From positions 5,452,258-5,516,257 of the forward strand of contig MU060042.1 in NCBI GenBank assembly GCA_013265495.1: a DNA stretch of 64,000 bases. Reading direction: 5' to 3'. The position numbers were made by a program, and so were the translations under genes. The stretch comes from Vicugna vicugna. Taxonomy: Eukaryota. The notes under the pieces are model-generated. The model was not told the origin of the DNA and did not search any database. It saw only the letters and a list, made by a program, of their open reading frames with translations. Shown piece after piece: positions 37,284 through 49,085 of this stretch (positions are counted from its first letter, which is position 1; each line of letters opens with the position of its first letter).

Positions 37284-38349
37284 AAATACCCCCACTACCC
37301 CTTAGGGTAGACAGTTAGTTGCTCAAAGCAGTAAAGCCACCTGGAAACGTGAAGTATTCACTGACAAGCTTTACAGCCCCTCTTCCTCACCACTGGGGGC
37401 CTTCACCCCAGCAGTGCGTCCCCGTCAGAACTGTGTTCCGTGAAGGGTCTCCAGGGGTCTCCATGTCACTTAATCTTTCCCCAGGAGCTCAGGTCCCTCC
37501 CGCCCTCTGAGGTGACTGAACATTCAGGGAGGTTTGAAGGACACCCTGCTTTGCACGTAGATCTGAGCCACGTCTCAGACGAGTCTCAAGACATCGAGCT
37601 TTTAGGTGCAGTTTTGGAAAAACCTTAGAGACAGAAGTGTCCCTGTGGGAATAAGACTCAGCGAAGCTTTCCTGGGGATGCAAGTTCCCGGCTTTGATAA
37701 TTCAATGACTTCTCTCCTCTCGGGCACAACTTTAGTGCTGAGTCTGGAAGAGCAGTGAGTGTCTCTCACTGGAAGATGTGCATCGTGCTGATGCTGTGGA
37801 AGATGCTCTCAGAGTTCCCAATGCTTCCAGGTGCCCACTGCGTTCAGAGTCTCCCTCTTAGGACACTTACACTTCCCTCTGAGTAACTCAGCAAAACAAA
37901 ACAAAAGGAAAATTAAAATGCGTGGGACAGAATGAGCTTGAAGTGTTTCCTGTTCACATGTTTGCTGGTTAAATGTCGAATTGTTAGCGGCTTGGAGTGT
38001 TTTTAGTTTTTAATGAGCTACAGGAGGTAGAATTAGAGCCTCCCTGGTCGGGAAGGGGGCTGAGGGCGACTCCAGAAGGAGGCGAGCTCCCGGTGTTGGA
38101 GCCGAGAGCTGATCTAACCTGCGTTAGAGACGTCTTTGCTCGGCCTGGGAGGGGCCGTTTGTCCCACAGTAGTTTCACACTCACTTCGTAATAGAAGGTT
38201 TACAGGTGTTCGCCCAAACTGCTGGCAGCTCCTCGCCAGCTTCATGCCAAAGGGGGGGTGAACCCCTGGGAAGAGCAGAGCATCCTGTCCCCCCTCTCCG
38301 AGCTCCCAGGGTCCCGCAGCCAGAGCAGAAAAGGCAGCCTAGCCTGGCT

Positions 38350-39080
38350 CCTTCTGCACAGAGTTACTGAAGCAGAGCACGCGAGCCGGCAGCGGCTCCG
38401 CTCCCTGACCGCGCGGCCGGCGGGGTGGGGCCCGCCGGGTCCCTCTCCTCTCCAGCTGCTCCGGCTGCTCCGGCTGCTCGGGGTGGGGGGCCCACGCGCC
38501 CGCCCGCCCCCCGGAACCGCCGGCAGCAGCCGCTGCGCTCATTGCTCCTTTCCGCACGGTGTCCCATCCGGAGTCTGACTCCACAGCCTCGCTAGGTAAA
38601 CACCGTCTCTCAAAATCCAAGTTCCATGTCCAGAACACCCGGCTGCGCGGCTCCTGCTCCGGGTCGCTCTGTGTCCACCATGCACCGCGCCGAAGCTGCC
38701 CTTCGGACGGCGCCGCTCGGCTCCAGGGCAACGCCTCCCGGCCCGCGGCGGCTTTGCCCGCGGTTTCACGTCGGAGCCCTTCAGCCGGCGGGCAGGCCCC
38801 GACCCGGTAATGCCGCCAGCATCCTCGCGGGCCAGCGTCCTCGCAGGCCTGCGTCCTTTCCCCGGGCCTGCCCCCTCTCCACCTCCTGACCCTCGGGACG
38901 TGCTGGGCGGTCGAGCTGCTCTTTGGGGAGCGAGCAGTAAGCCCGGGGCCCCTCCCCGCCCTCCGGAGGCCGCTGCGTTTTGACTTCTTTTCTGACTCTT
39001 GGGCCGAAGGGATAAGAACCCCCCCTGCAACGTGCACAACAGGCCTTCGCCCTCCAGACGCCCCGGCGCGCCGCCCGCGC
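38350..39080. promoter_or_regulatory. Orphan CpG island
   Basis: About 700 bp of very high GC/CpG with GC-box-like motifs; no recognisable coding exon. Confidence 0.65.
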
Positions 39081-39125
39081 TCTGTAGGTGAAGAAACTGA
39101 GGCTCTGAGTGTCTAAGTGACTCAC
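39078..39125 (-). mobile_element. MIR core fragment
   Basis: CTGTAGGTGAAGAAACTGAGGCTCTGAGTGTCTAAGTGACT. Confidence 0.7.
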
Positions 39126-41411
39126 TCAGATTTCTCCAGCCCCAGAGGAAGAAGGCCCAGCATCAGTGCCAGGCACGTCCAGCCCCAAAGCTCATCCCAG
39201 AGCGCCCGTGGCTGCAGTGTCACGTGAGGGACTGAAAAAGCACAGCCCCACCCGCTCTGTGCTTCTGGAACAAAAGAGTAAGGACACCGGAGAGGCAGTG
39301 CACCGGAGGCCCCAGAGGCCTGGGGAGCCACCATCCCCTCTTCCCTCGTCCTGGAATCCTCCGGGCCTCCTCTGGAGACAAGAACAAGGGGGACATCAGA
39401 TACCCGGAGTGGAACAGGAGCCATCGCCAGGACACACTCCCACCCCCAGGTCAGGCTCACATCCACGGCCATCCTCTCTTGTCCAACTTCCATGGAAGCC
39501 TGACAAATGCCCACTAAGCATGTATGTCATGTGTGCTTCTACGAGACAGTCTCGGAGAAACTGTGTCTCAGTCACAAACCTCCGAGCTTTGTAGACGTCA
39601 GACAGAATCAGTCTGCACTACGCGGCGAGGCAGCACCGCAGCGCCGGGCCTGCTTCCAGGGGCCGGGCACCCTTCCAGCTGCCCAGCCAAACACCGACTT
39701 CCTGGCGACGGCAGACTGGTGATCCTGGGACCTGACCCTGCCCTCCCCCACTGACCCACACACACACTTTCCAGAATCTTCCATCTGCAGTGTGAGCTAC
39801 GCATGTCCAGCCGGGTTTTGAAACCCGCTGCTCCCTTCCTGCCAGGCCAACGGCACTGCCAAAACCCATCGAGGAAGCAGCACTGTCCCGAGACAGGCCG
39901 ACCGCCGGCTCAAGGCTGTGTCCTCACTGCTCAGGAAACAAGATTCAGGGGGAAGATTCAGGAACTTTAGATGCAAAGGAGACACCGCCGCCCCTCCAGG
40001 TCTTTCTCACAGCAAAGACGCCCAGAAATGGGCTTCGGGCCGAGGGCAATTCCTCCCCGTGAGGAACTTTCCGGAAGTCCAGCACGGCTGCCAGGCTTCC
40101 TTGCAGAATATTTCAGGTGGATGAAACAGCCCGCAGACACCTCTTGCTGGATCCATAAGTGGGCTCCCACCTCATATTCCAGGCCTGAATTTAATTTGTC
40201 TAAGATCCCAACACTAACGGTGCCTGTTGAAGACACCCTGTTAAAAGTTGGGAACATTAATTTAATGGAAAAATGCCAGTATCACTCCAAGAACTCTATT
40301 AGATTTTCTCTCTGTTAAATTAATGTTACTAACCTGTAATGGGTGCTGTAATTAGATGCTATTATTAACGGGAATATTACCCACATTAAAATCAGACCCT
40401 GCAAGAGCCACGGCACACATTTACAAGTGCATTAAGCCCCATCCGGACGTCACATGCACACGCCTACGGGGCCAGGCCGCCTGCGCCCCATCCCAGGCCT
40501 GCCGCCGAGCCTCTGCAGGGTCCGAGCCCCAGACATCACGGCTCCCGCTTGGGAGAGGCAGCCACAGCTCCCGCGCCCGGCAGGAGGGTGGGGCGGGGGG
40601 CTCCCAATTCCACACTCAGTGTCAAGGGTCACTCTCCATCCTGATTGGGTCCGGGTTCTGAAACTGCTGTTCTGGGCTGTAAAGCTTGCCCGCCTTGGGA
40701 AGGCCAACTTCAAAAGGGGCTCTAAGCTACTCGCTTACTATGAGCTGAACATATGACCAGGAGCGCCGTGCTTCGGAGCTGCTGGGTCCGATCCCAGCCA
40801 GGCCCTGTGACGCATCAGAGGTCTCTCCCCAGGACCACCCCACAGCCCAGGAGACAGAGGAACATCTCAGCTGACACCCCTGCTGGTAAAGGCCCCAAGG
40901 GTGGCTTGAGCTGGGGTGCAGGCTGGACAGATCACCTTATCTCATCGTGAGGACTAGACCCACACTGCACTGCCAACCTCCACTTGCACAGGATCCCTTC
41001 CTGCTCTAGGACGCTGTTTCAGAGACAAAATAAATGCAGGGACCAGGATGCTGGCTGTCAGTGGACCAGGTGATGAGAGGTCCCAGCAGAAAGCACGGTC
41101 AAGACGTGGCTTGGGACCCCTGGATGGGGACCACGGATTTTCCAAAGGCGGGCAGCCATCATTTCAGCTCGGCTTTCAAGTGCTTCCTTTGTGTCTCAGC
41201 TCCTTCCTTCTCCTCCTCCTGTGTCTGGTGGGAGCATTAATCAACAGAGAGGGCAAAAGGAGGGCAACTAAAAGGGTTTTAGATCAGAAGGACTCAGCGA
41301 CGAGCCCAGAATCGCTGTCCACTTTCCGCTCCTGGGGAGCCTTTCCTGACTCCATGCCCGCCACGGCTCTCTGCCCTGAGGAGTCGTCTGGCATCGCTCA
41401 GTGCCTGGGGG

Positions 41412-42005
41412 TCTTTTTTCATACAGGTACGTGTATTTGTTTTCATACTCTTTTTCGTTAAAGGTTATTACAAGATATAGAACGTAGTTCCCTGCGCCGT
41501 GCAGAAGAAACCCGTTTTCCATCTATTTTTATATGTAGTGGCTATCATTTGCAAAACCCAAACCCCCCCATTTACCCCTTCCCACCCTTTTCCCCTGGTA
41601 ACCATAAGATTGTTTACTATGTCTCTGAGTCTGTTCCTGGTTTGTAGATGAGTTCATCAGCGTCCTCTTTTTTCTTTCTTTTTCTTTTTTTAGATTCCAC
41701 ATGTAAGTGATATCATATGATATTTTTCTTTCTCTTTTTGGTTTACTTCACCCAGAATGATACTCCAGATCCATCCATGTTGCTGCAAATGGCCTTACTT
41801 TATTCTTTTTTGTGGCTGAGTAGTATTTCTTTGTGTATAAATATACCACAACTTGATTATCCAGTCATCTGTCCACGGACACTTAGGTTGCTTCCATGTC
41901 TTGGCTGTTGTAAATAGTGCTGCTGTGGACACTGGGGTGCAGGTGTCTTTTTGAATTAGAGTTCTCTCCAGACACATGCCCAGGAGTGGGGGTGCTGGGT
42001 CATAT
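41412..42005 (-). mobile_element. LINE-1 3' UTR fragment, same family as the 3.9-5.5 kb copy but more diverged
   Basis: TTAGATTCCACATGTAAGTGATATCATATG...CCATGTTGCTGCAAATGG...ATGCCCAGGAGTGGG is colinear with the 3.9-4.5 kb copy. Confidence 0.93.
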
Positions 42006-42089
42006 GTGATGTTTGCTTGTCTCCACTTCTCAGGTTACTTGTTGTCCTGCAAGGATGTGAGTGTTTGCTCAGCCGTCAGTTAGGGCAGA

Positions 42090-42185
42090 AACGGTCTGTA
42101 CTTGCTGAATTTTCCCACGCCTGGCGTAACCCCTGGCTTACAGTGGGCATATGATCACGTGGATAAATGAACAAACGGATGTATA
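42090..42185 (+). mobile_element. Possible L2 3' terminus
   Basis: CCCACGCCTGGCGTAACCCCTGGCTTACAGTGGGC...ATAAATGAACAAACGGATG. Confidence 0.45.
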
Positions 42186-45100
42186 AAAAACTAGCGACAG
42201 GAGCTTGTTTTGACTGTGATGACCAAGGAAATCAAAGAAAGTTTCTCAGAGCTTCACCGATTTGAAGAACGTTTTAGGAAATGGAGGGGAATTGAGACGT
42301 TTTTGGAAGAGAAGAAGGTGGAATTCACCTGACCACCCAGGGACTTCAATATGCAGCCAAAAAGGAGAAGAAGCCGACCCTCACACCCAGTGGTAGAACC
42401 ACCGCCGTCCTGGACGGAAGGGAAGGTAGGAATCGTGAGGGACTCCTGTGGAGACTGGTGTGATCACCGAGCCTCCTCCGCACTCATGCGTCCCTACCGC
42501 CCTTCCCTGCCCTCCACCCACGTGCCAGCCCGGCCTCGGGAGTGCGGGGGCCAGCCTGCAAAGGAAGAGCAAAGTGGGGTCAGGAGGAAGGGTGTTGGAT
42601 CCTTGAGAAACCACAAGTTGGACTGAGCTCCCCCTGCACTCTCCATGTCCCGTGAGCCAAGGATCCCCTTCCTGGCTGAACCAGTGAGAACTGGGTTTTT
42701 CTATGATTTGCCATCAAAGGCCTCCTACTCACTCACTCATGTAAAAACAACAATGCGAAATTCACAGAAGTCCTTACATGTTCTTTCGGGGAAAAGTCAA
42801 ACCGACATTAAAATCATGATCTCAAAGTGACTGATTTCCTCAAAGGATTAAAAATTCCATAAATCTTTCAATATTATTTGTAAAAATTGCATTCTCACTC
42901 CTAATTCCATTTTGTGCAACCGGGAAGAGTTTGGTTCTAAATCAGAAGGAGACTCTGGCTGATAAATTTTTAATTAACCATGATTAATTAAAACTCGTAA
43001 CCCACATGGTGTAAGTCAACAGTAAATTTTAACGCAAATGCCATTTGTTATAGTAAAGAGATGTAGAGGGCAGTTCTACACAATGGGAGAGCCTGGCCTG
43101 GGGGTCAGGTCTCAGTGTTGACCCAGAAAGCCTGGTGGTTTTCAGGGTCTTCGGAGCCCTTCTCGGACTTGGCTCCCTGGCCTGCAGTAGGGGATGGTCA
43201 GGAACAGTAACAAACCCATTGGATACAAGGTCTTCGTTCAAACCCTCACACCTCCCCTCAGACTGGGAAGCGTGTCTAAGCAATCCCATCCTTTCTCTGA
43301 AACTGGCTTTTTCCCTTGAATTCTGTTAATTTGTGAACTGCAGGTGACGCTCCCGGGAGCCGGGTGGCACTTCGTCAGCGTTGTCAGCCAAGTGGCGCTG
43401 GGGGCTCTCAGTGGGTGGCTGACGGGTGTGCCAGTGCTTGGTCAGCGTTTGTTTCTAAGTGAATCCTAGCAAATGACGTCTTCACCTCCAATCGGATGAA
43501 CCACAGGTGCCGACCTTCATGCAGGAGCCGATGGAGAAAAGGGAGACGTGGACTCTCGCCCGGGGGTCTCGGCCCCGGGAGGCCCCTCCAGAGGAAGGTG
43601 TCCGAGGACAGAGCCCGGAGGACAGGACAGAGAGACCTGGTTTCCATCCCGTGACACGTGTCCAGGTGGCTTCTGGTGAAGGACACAGCACCCTTCGTCT
43701 CCTCCTCTCAAACCCGAGTATGGCAGCCACAGGGTTTAAGAGGAAAAACCTGAACAAAAACCCACGTCTCCCCTTGGAAACAGACTCCAGGACCACAGCA
43801 GGACCAAGGCCGACATTTAACCAGCACCGCCGACGTGCAGGAAATGCAAAGGTCCAGCCTCGTGGGGGGGAACATGTGGCCTCTTGTTAGGGCTCCCGCG
43901 GTGACAACCTCATCACCCGGGAGCATTTCCGTTCCCCCAGCATGAAGGTCCCACACCAATTAACACCTTGCCCGGCAGAGTTGATGTCCTCCAGGGTGTG
44001 GCTGCCACCTCCTCAGGAAGCCTGGCCAGCAGTCAGCACCACGCCGGCCGCCCACCGACCTCCAGCCCCCCGGCCTTCCCTGACGGCTGGCAGGAGCCCC
44101 AGCCTCCGCCACGTCCGCGAGGGCAGTCTCACCTGACGGGCCTGGGGACAGCCGGTGGGCGGCCCGGGCCGGAGGAGAGGCCGGGCTGGTCTCCCTGTCT
44201 TTGCAGGCGTCTCTTCACTCTAACACTGGACTCTGCTTCCAGTCTCCCTTTAGGGCCAAAGAAAACTTCATGTGGGCTCTGGAGCAAACCTCGACCATGC
44301 CTTTAAGCGTGTTGGAGGACTCGGCTAATGGGGCCTGGGGGAGCTCTGTGACCCCTGTGTGCAGCTGAAATGAGATGCAGAGCCCTGAGGCCGGTTCTGT
44401 GGAGAGGCTCCCAGTCCAGAGGGGAGCCGACTGGCCCCCACCGGGGAGGGCGCTCCCTCGCCCGGCCCCACGGCCGGCACCCTGGGCCAGACCCGCGTGG
44501 ACCCTGCTCCTCCCAGAGCAGAGCCCACGGGCAGAGACGTGTCTCTGAGAACCTGCTCAGTAAAGCAAGCTCGGGAAGCACCCATGCCAGGTGACGCTGG
44601 ACGAATGACCCTGGGGAGGGGACACAGGACCAGAAGGTGGAAATTAGTTGCTGCAAGTCTAATCTGAGAGGGAGAAAGAGGGGCAGAAAGTACGTCACGG
44701 GCCGTGAGAAGTGAGGTCGGGGTCGGGGCTCCCACCACACCCAAGGTACCCGGAGGCAGTGGTTGGAGAGGATAGGACCCCCAGAACAGAGGAGGGTGTG
44801 CCCCACCCCCACTCTGAACTTCAGAGAAAATGAACCGAACTGAACATTTGGGGGGTTCACCCACCTGATTCTTTTCATTTTGTTTTGATTTGGTGTTTTT
44901 TGTTTTTTGTTTTTCAGTCTCTGCTAGAATGTCTTCCAGTTTCTTCTCGCTTCTGTCTGGGACTCATCTGCATCACTGCCCATGCGAGGCCGTACCTGGA
45001 AGTGTCGGAGATGCGTGTGCACAGGGGGCAGGACCGCACGGGAGCGGAGGGCGGGTGGGGAGACACCCACCCCCCTCGGCCACTCTGTCCGCTCCAGCCA

Positions 45101-47042
45101 CGCCCACAGCAGCGAGGGGGCGAGATGTCCCCAGGACAGCTCCCACCCAGGCCCGGGGACAGGGAGCCTTCAGAGGACACTTGTGGGTGTGGCTTCCAAG
45201 CTCTGGGTCCCTATGCTCACTGTGGTGACCTTTGTCCTCGCTTGCAGCCGTGGAAGAGCTAAACCAACGCCAGCCACATCAGGAGACGCGGGGCCACCAG
45301 CTGGGCTTCACCAACCGCCCCAGACGGGGTGAGAATGAAGCAGAGCCTCCAGGACGTGAGCGCCTGGGGCCTTCCTGCCCAGAAGACCCCTCCCCACAGA
45401 GGTCACCTGGGCTGACCTCAGAGGAAACAATCTCTGAGCGTGACTGTGGATATTGAAAAACATGGACTTGGCATCGGTTCTTCTGGGGCCGGAGGGAGCG
45501 GTCCCCCGTTCTGCCGAAGCGCAGGCAGGACGCCGCGTGCAGGGCAGGCCTTCCGGGGCCCGAGCCGGCTCCGCCCACGTGCGCGGGGCACATGTCTGGA
45601 AGCCCATGAAGCAAGTGCGCGAGGCCGGCTTGCCAGGAGCTTAGAGCAGGCACTCGGTCTCCCCGAATATTCTCTAATTGGTCAGTTAGTTCTGCAAGTG
45701 TCTGGAGAAGGCGCTTCCTCAAAGGAGCTGTGTGTGCGGGTCTGTCTGAAATTATCCAAAGGCTGAACGCCCATGCTCCCAGCTGGAGTCTACACACGCC
45801 AGCCGATTCAACGGCTGGACCAGCCGGCTGGTCACCGCTGGGTTTTGATCACGAGCGCCATCGATTCTGAAGTCAGGTGTGGGTGGTAGCAGCCTGTCCA
45901 CTGAACCAGTTGGTGATCGGCCTGTTAGTCAAGAAATTTTGAGCCACATCTGCAAGCACTGTGAACTGAAACATGGATGGAGGTTAATATTTTTATTTAA
46001 CTCTTTCCATGGACGTATCTTAAGTGTTGTTTCTGTGGTCAGGCCACGAACCCCCCCAGGGAAGAGATGCATGGATGGCCACGGAGACGCCACTGGTACA
46101 GAGGCATCTGTAAACTCTTCAGCCAACGCCTCCGTCCTTTATGCTAATTATCTGTGAGCAGTTATCTGTCTGAACCACTGCAAACTGCTTCCTCTTGTCT
46201 TTAATTGGATTTTATTAACTCGCATCTGTTGTGAAGCCGGGACAATAGCACAGAACGGAGAGGAGCTTTCCTTTCGTGTGAATGGCGACCCCATTGTGGG
46301 ACGTAATTTGAACAGGTGGGCAAATTGAAATATTTAGTGAGTCGCTTTGTTTGAGCTCGCATGTAAGAGTTTATAATGAGCCAATACTTTTTCCAAAGTC
46401 CACCCCAAATTGAGTTTATCTGTAGCTTTTACACAGCCAGGCACAAGGGAAGTGAGCAGCCGTGGCGGTCAGACGTCAGACATCGGGGGCTGTGTGTCTG
46501 CAGGGCGAGGAGGAGAGGGAGAGCCTGGTTGGAGGGCGGGGGATCTGGGACGTGCTGGCCCGTTAAATAAATAAATTGGTGGACGGCCCCAGAGGGAGAG
46601 AGTCCGCTTTGATGACTTAACGGGCGGCTGGGGGTTATCGCGTCAGTCACGTGGGAGGTAAGAGCTGGGACTGCGCCTGCTTTAGGCCCATGGTTTTACA
46701 CGGAGAAGGGCAGATCGGTGTCCAGAGTCCCCTTGTAGGGACCCAAGTCCACATCAGTGAGGCCCACAGGGTGACTACATTCTGGGGACGGTGCCCCATC
46801 CTGTCACCGGTGGGGTGGCATCCTGCACGCTGCCAGCTGAGAGAATCCCCTGGGTCCTGTCCTGGGGAGGGGAGGGGGCTGCCGGCTGCCAGAAGACACT
46901 GGGGGAAGCACTGCAGACAAAGGGTCTTAAGGAAAGTCACCAGCTCTCCGAGCAGATCATCTGGGCGGCGTCCCCTGTGATGGGGACACCCCTGAGTTTC
47001 GCATTTTCGACCCTGGAGTGAAAGCGATGACCACTGCCCCCT

Positions 47043-47072
47043 CACCTGTGCCCACCTGTGCCCACCTGTGCC
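47043..47072. repeat. 10-bp tandem repeat x3 (CACCTGTGCC)
   Basis: Units at 47043, 47053 and 47063. Confidence 0.92.
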
Positions 47073-47177
47073 ACGTCCACACGTGGGATGGACGACAGCA
47101 GAGCAAGAACAGCACTTCGTTCTCAGTGGTAAGATCGGCTCCAAGGCGGACACATCGTAGAGCAGTGTTTCTGTTCG

Positions 47178-47340
47178 GGAACCGTCATGACCGACTACAC
47201 GCTGCGACCATCCACAAATTCTCCTCTGAAACCGCCACTCATGCAGATAAGGAACCGTCATGACCGACTACGCGTTGTTAGACACAATGGTTCGTGCGAC
47301 CATCCACAAATTCTCCTCTGAAACCGCCACTCATGCAGAT
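47178..47340. repeat. Tandem duplication (71-bp and 90-bp copies) differing by a 19-bp net indel
   Basis: GGAACCGTCATGACCGACTAC...TGCGACCATCCACAAATTCTCCTCTGAAACCGCCACTCATGCAGAT at 47178-47248 and 47251-47340. Confidence 0.95.
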
Positions 47341-47949
47341 TCTCTCTCCACTTTGTATTACAAAAAGAAAGAAAACAGAAACCAAAAACAATGGCTTTTC
47401 CTAAAAAAAAGCTTGCTTACTTTTCTTTACAGAATTTTCTCCAGTTTCACCCGTAAAGTGTCTGAGACTTGCACCGCCACACCTCTGTTCTCTCTGATTA
47501 CGCGTCTGTCCGTCCTTCCCTCCGCCGTGAACTCAGCCTCATCGTGGGGATGATGTGCTTTTCACGCATCTAACTCAGTTTGCTTCTCTACCGCATAACC
47601 TACACTTTTGTGCGTTCCAGTCTGGTTTCCCGTCCAAGCACCTACCGCAGACTTTGTGAAGGGGAGCGGCAAGGAGGACGGGGACAAAAGCGCCACCTCC
47701 CTTCTCTCCTCTGCAGGGTCTCTGAGGCCGTGGACTCTGGAGGGACGTAGAGGGGCCCCCGAGCCAGCGGGAACCCCAGCCTGAGTGTGAACTGCACCCT
47801 GAGATTAGGAGTGTCTCTGCACAGCGATGCCCACAGCCCCGCTGGGACTTTTTTTCCTCCCGGAGATTGTAAGGGTGCTTTGAATCAGGAGCACACATTT
47901 CTTACTTCGGTACTAAAAAGAAGACTGTTTCTGTGTCGGGATGATCAAT

Positions 47950-49085
47950 TACACATTAATTTGAGATAAGGCTCAATGACATTACTATCCATTGTTAAAA
48001 TCATATAATTGCCTGGAATCTCCCCCAAAGATACAGGTTAATGAAACCCAATTGACAAGCAGGGAAAGAAGTGAAACGAAATGATAATTTAGTCATTCAA
48101 AGTTTTAAAGCTCTTAAAAGAGAAGGCATTTAATCAGAGAAATCGCGTGTATACATGCAAATGATACTGTGTTACAGAAATACAAACACAAGTTCTAAAA
48201 CGTATATTTTATACATATGAAGTAAAATAATATAACGCGTTATTATTGGCTATATAACGCAGGTTATAAAAACAAAGATGCTACTGTCCTAAATTTTCCT
48301 TCGAACACACAAAAGATATCTTTTTTAAAATTTCCAAATTGCTCACCGTCTACATAAATAAATAGTGTAAAATCACTTTGAATTAGTTGTGAACATTTTC
48401 ATTGACACCATAAAGCTTAATATTTAGCATTCGTTATCAAGGATGCTAATTTTTTAATGAATTTTCCCTCTGAAGATAAACCCACTTATCTTTAAGGAAA
48501 ACAAAGACGCTAGATTCTCAAGTAACTATCTGGACCAGAAGGAAGCTTCAGGTCAAGTCCCTCATATCTGGGTGCACAGCCGCACGTGGTAAATTTTCAT
48601 TCTCACCATAAATCAATTTAATAGTTTTCACTGTAAATGTAATACATGGTTTTCCCACTTCTTAATGGGAGCAGCTTAAAACGCAATGTCTCTGTGTCTC
48701 CCAGTTTGAGTGACTTAATCTCAAAGTTACAGAAACTGCCATTCTCACTCTGTAATTTGAAAAAATGATTTTGACCATAAATAGCAGCTGAAATGAGTCA
48801 ATTCAGTGGTGACAAAGAAACGCTTCAACCACAAATGTCGTGTTTAAACAGTTATTTTAACAGTGGACTCGTCGAGCGGACGTCCCTGGGCACCATAAAA
48901 CCTGTTTAAAACTGTAAATTTAACTGTTAAAATTAGCGGTCACACGGGTGGCTGCAAAACAGGGTCAGACCGAAGCCATAAGGAGCCCGAACAACAGCAA
49001 AAACTGTTCATTTTTCTCAAATGCCATTTTCTGGGTCATTTATTGTTATTTTTCTGAAGTTTGATACATGATAATATTTTGAAAA
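47950..49085. promoter_or_regulatory. Candidate conserved enhancer: AT-rich, repeat-free, rich in HOX/CDX and PBX-HOX motifs
   Basis: CCATAAA at 48408, 48606, 48775 and 48893. CCATAAATCA (the reverse complement of TGATTTATGG) at 48606-48615. Confidence 0.55.

Noticed and set aside
46558-46625. 9-bp inverted repeat GCCCGTTAA...TTAACGGGC with a 50-nt spacer
   Set aside because: The stem is short with a long loop, which is at chance level. There is no pre-miRNA-like continuous stem.
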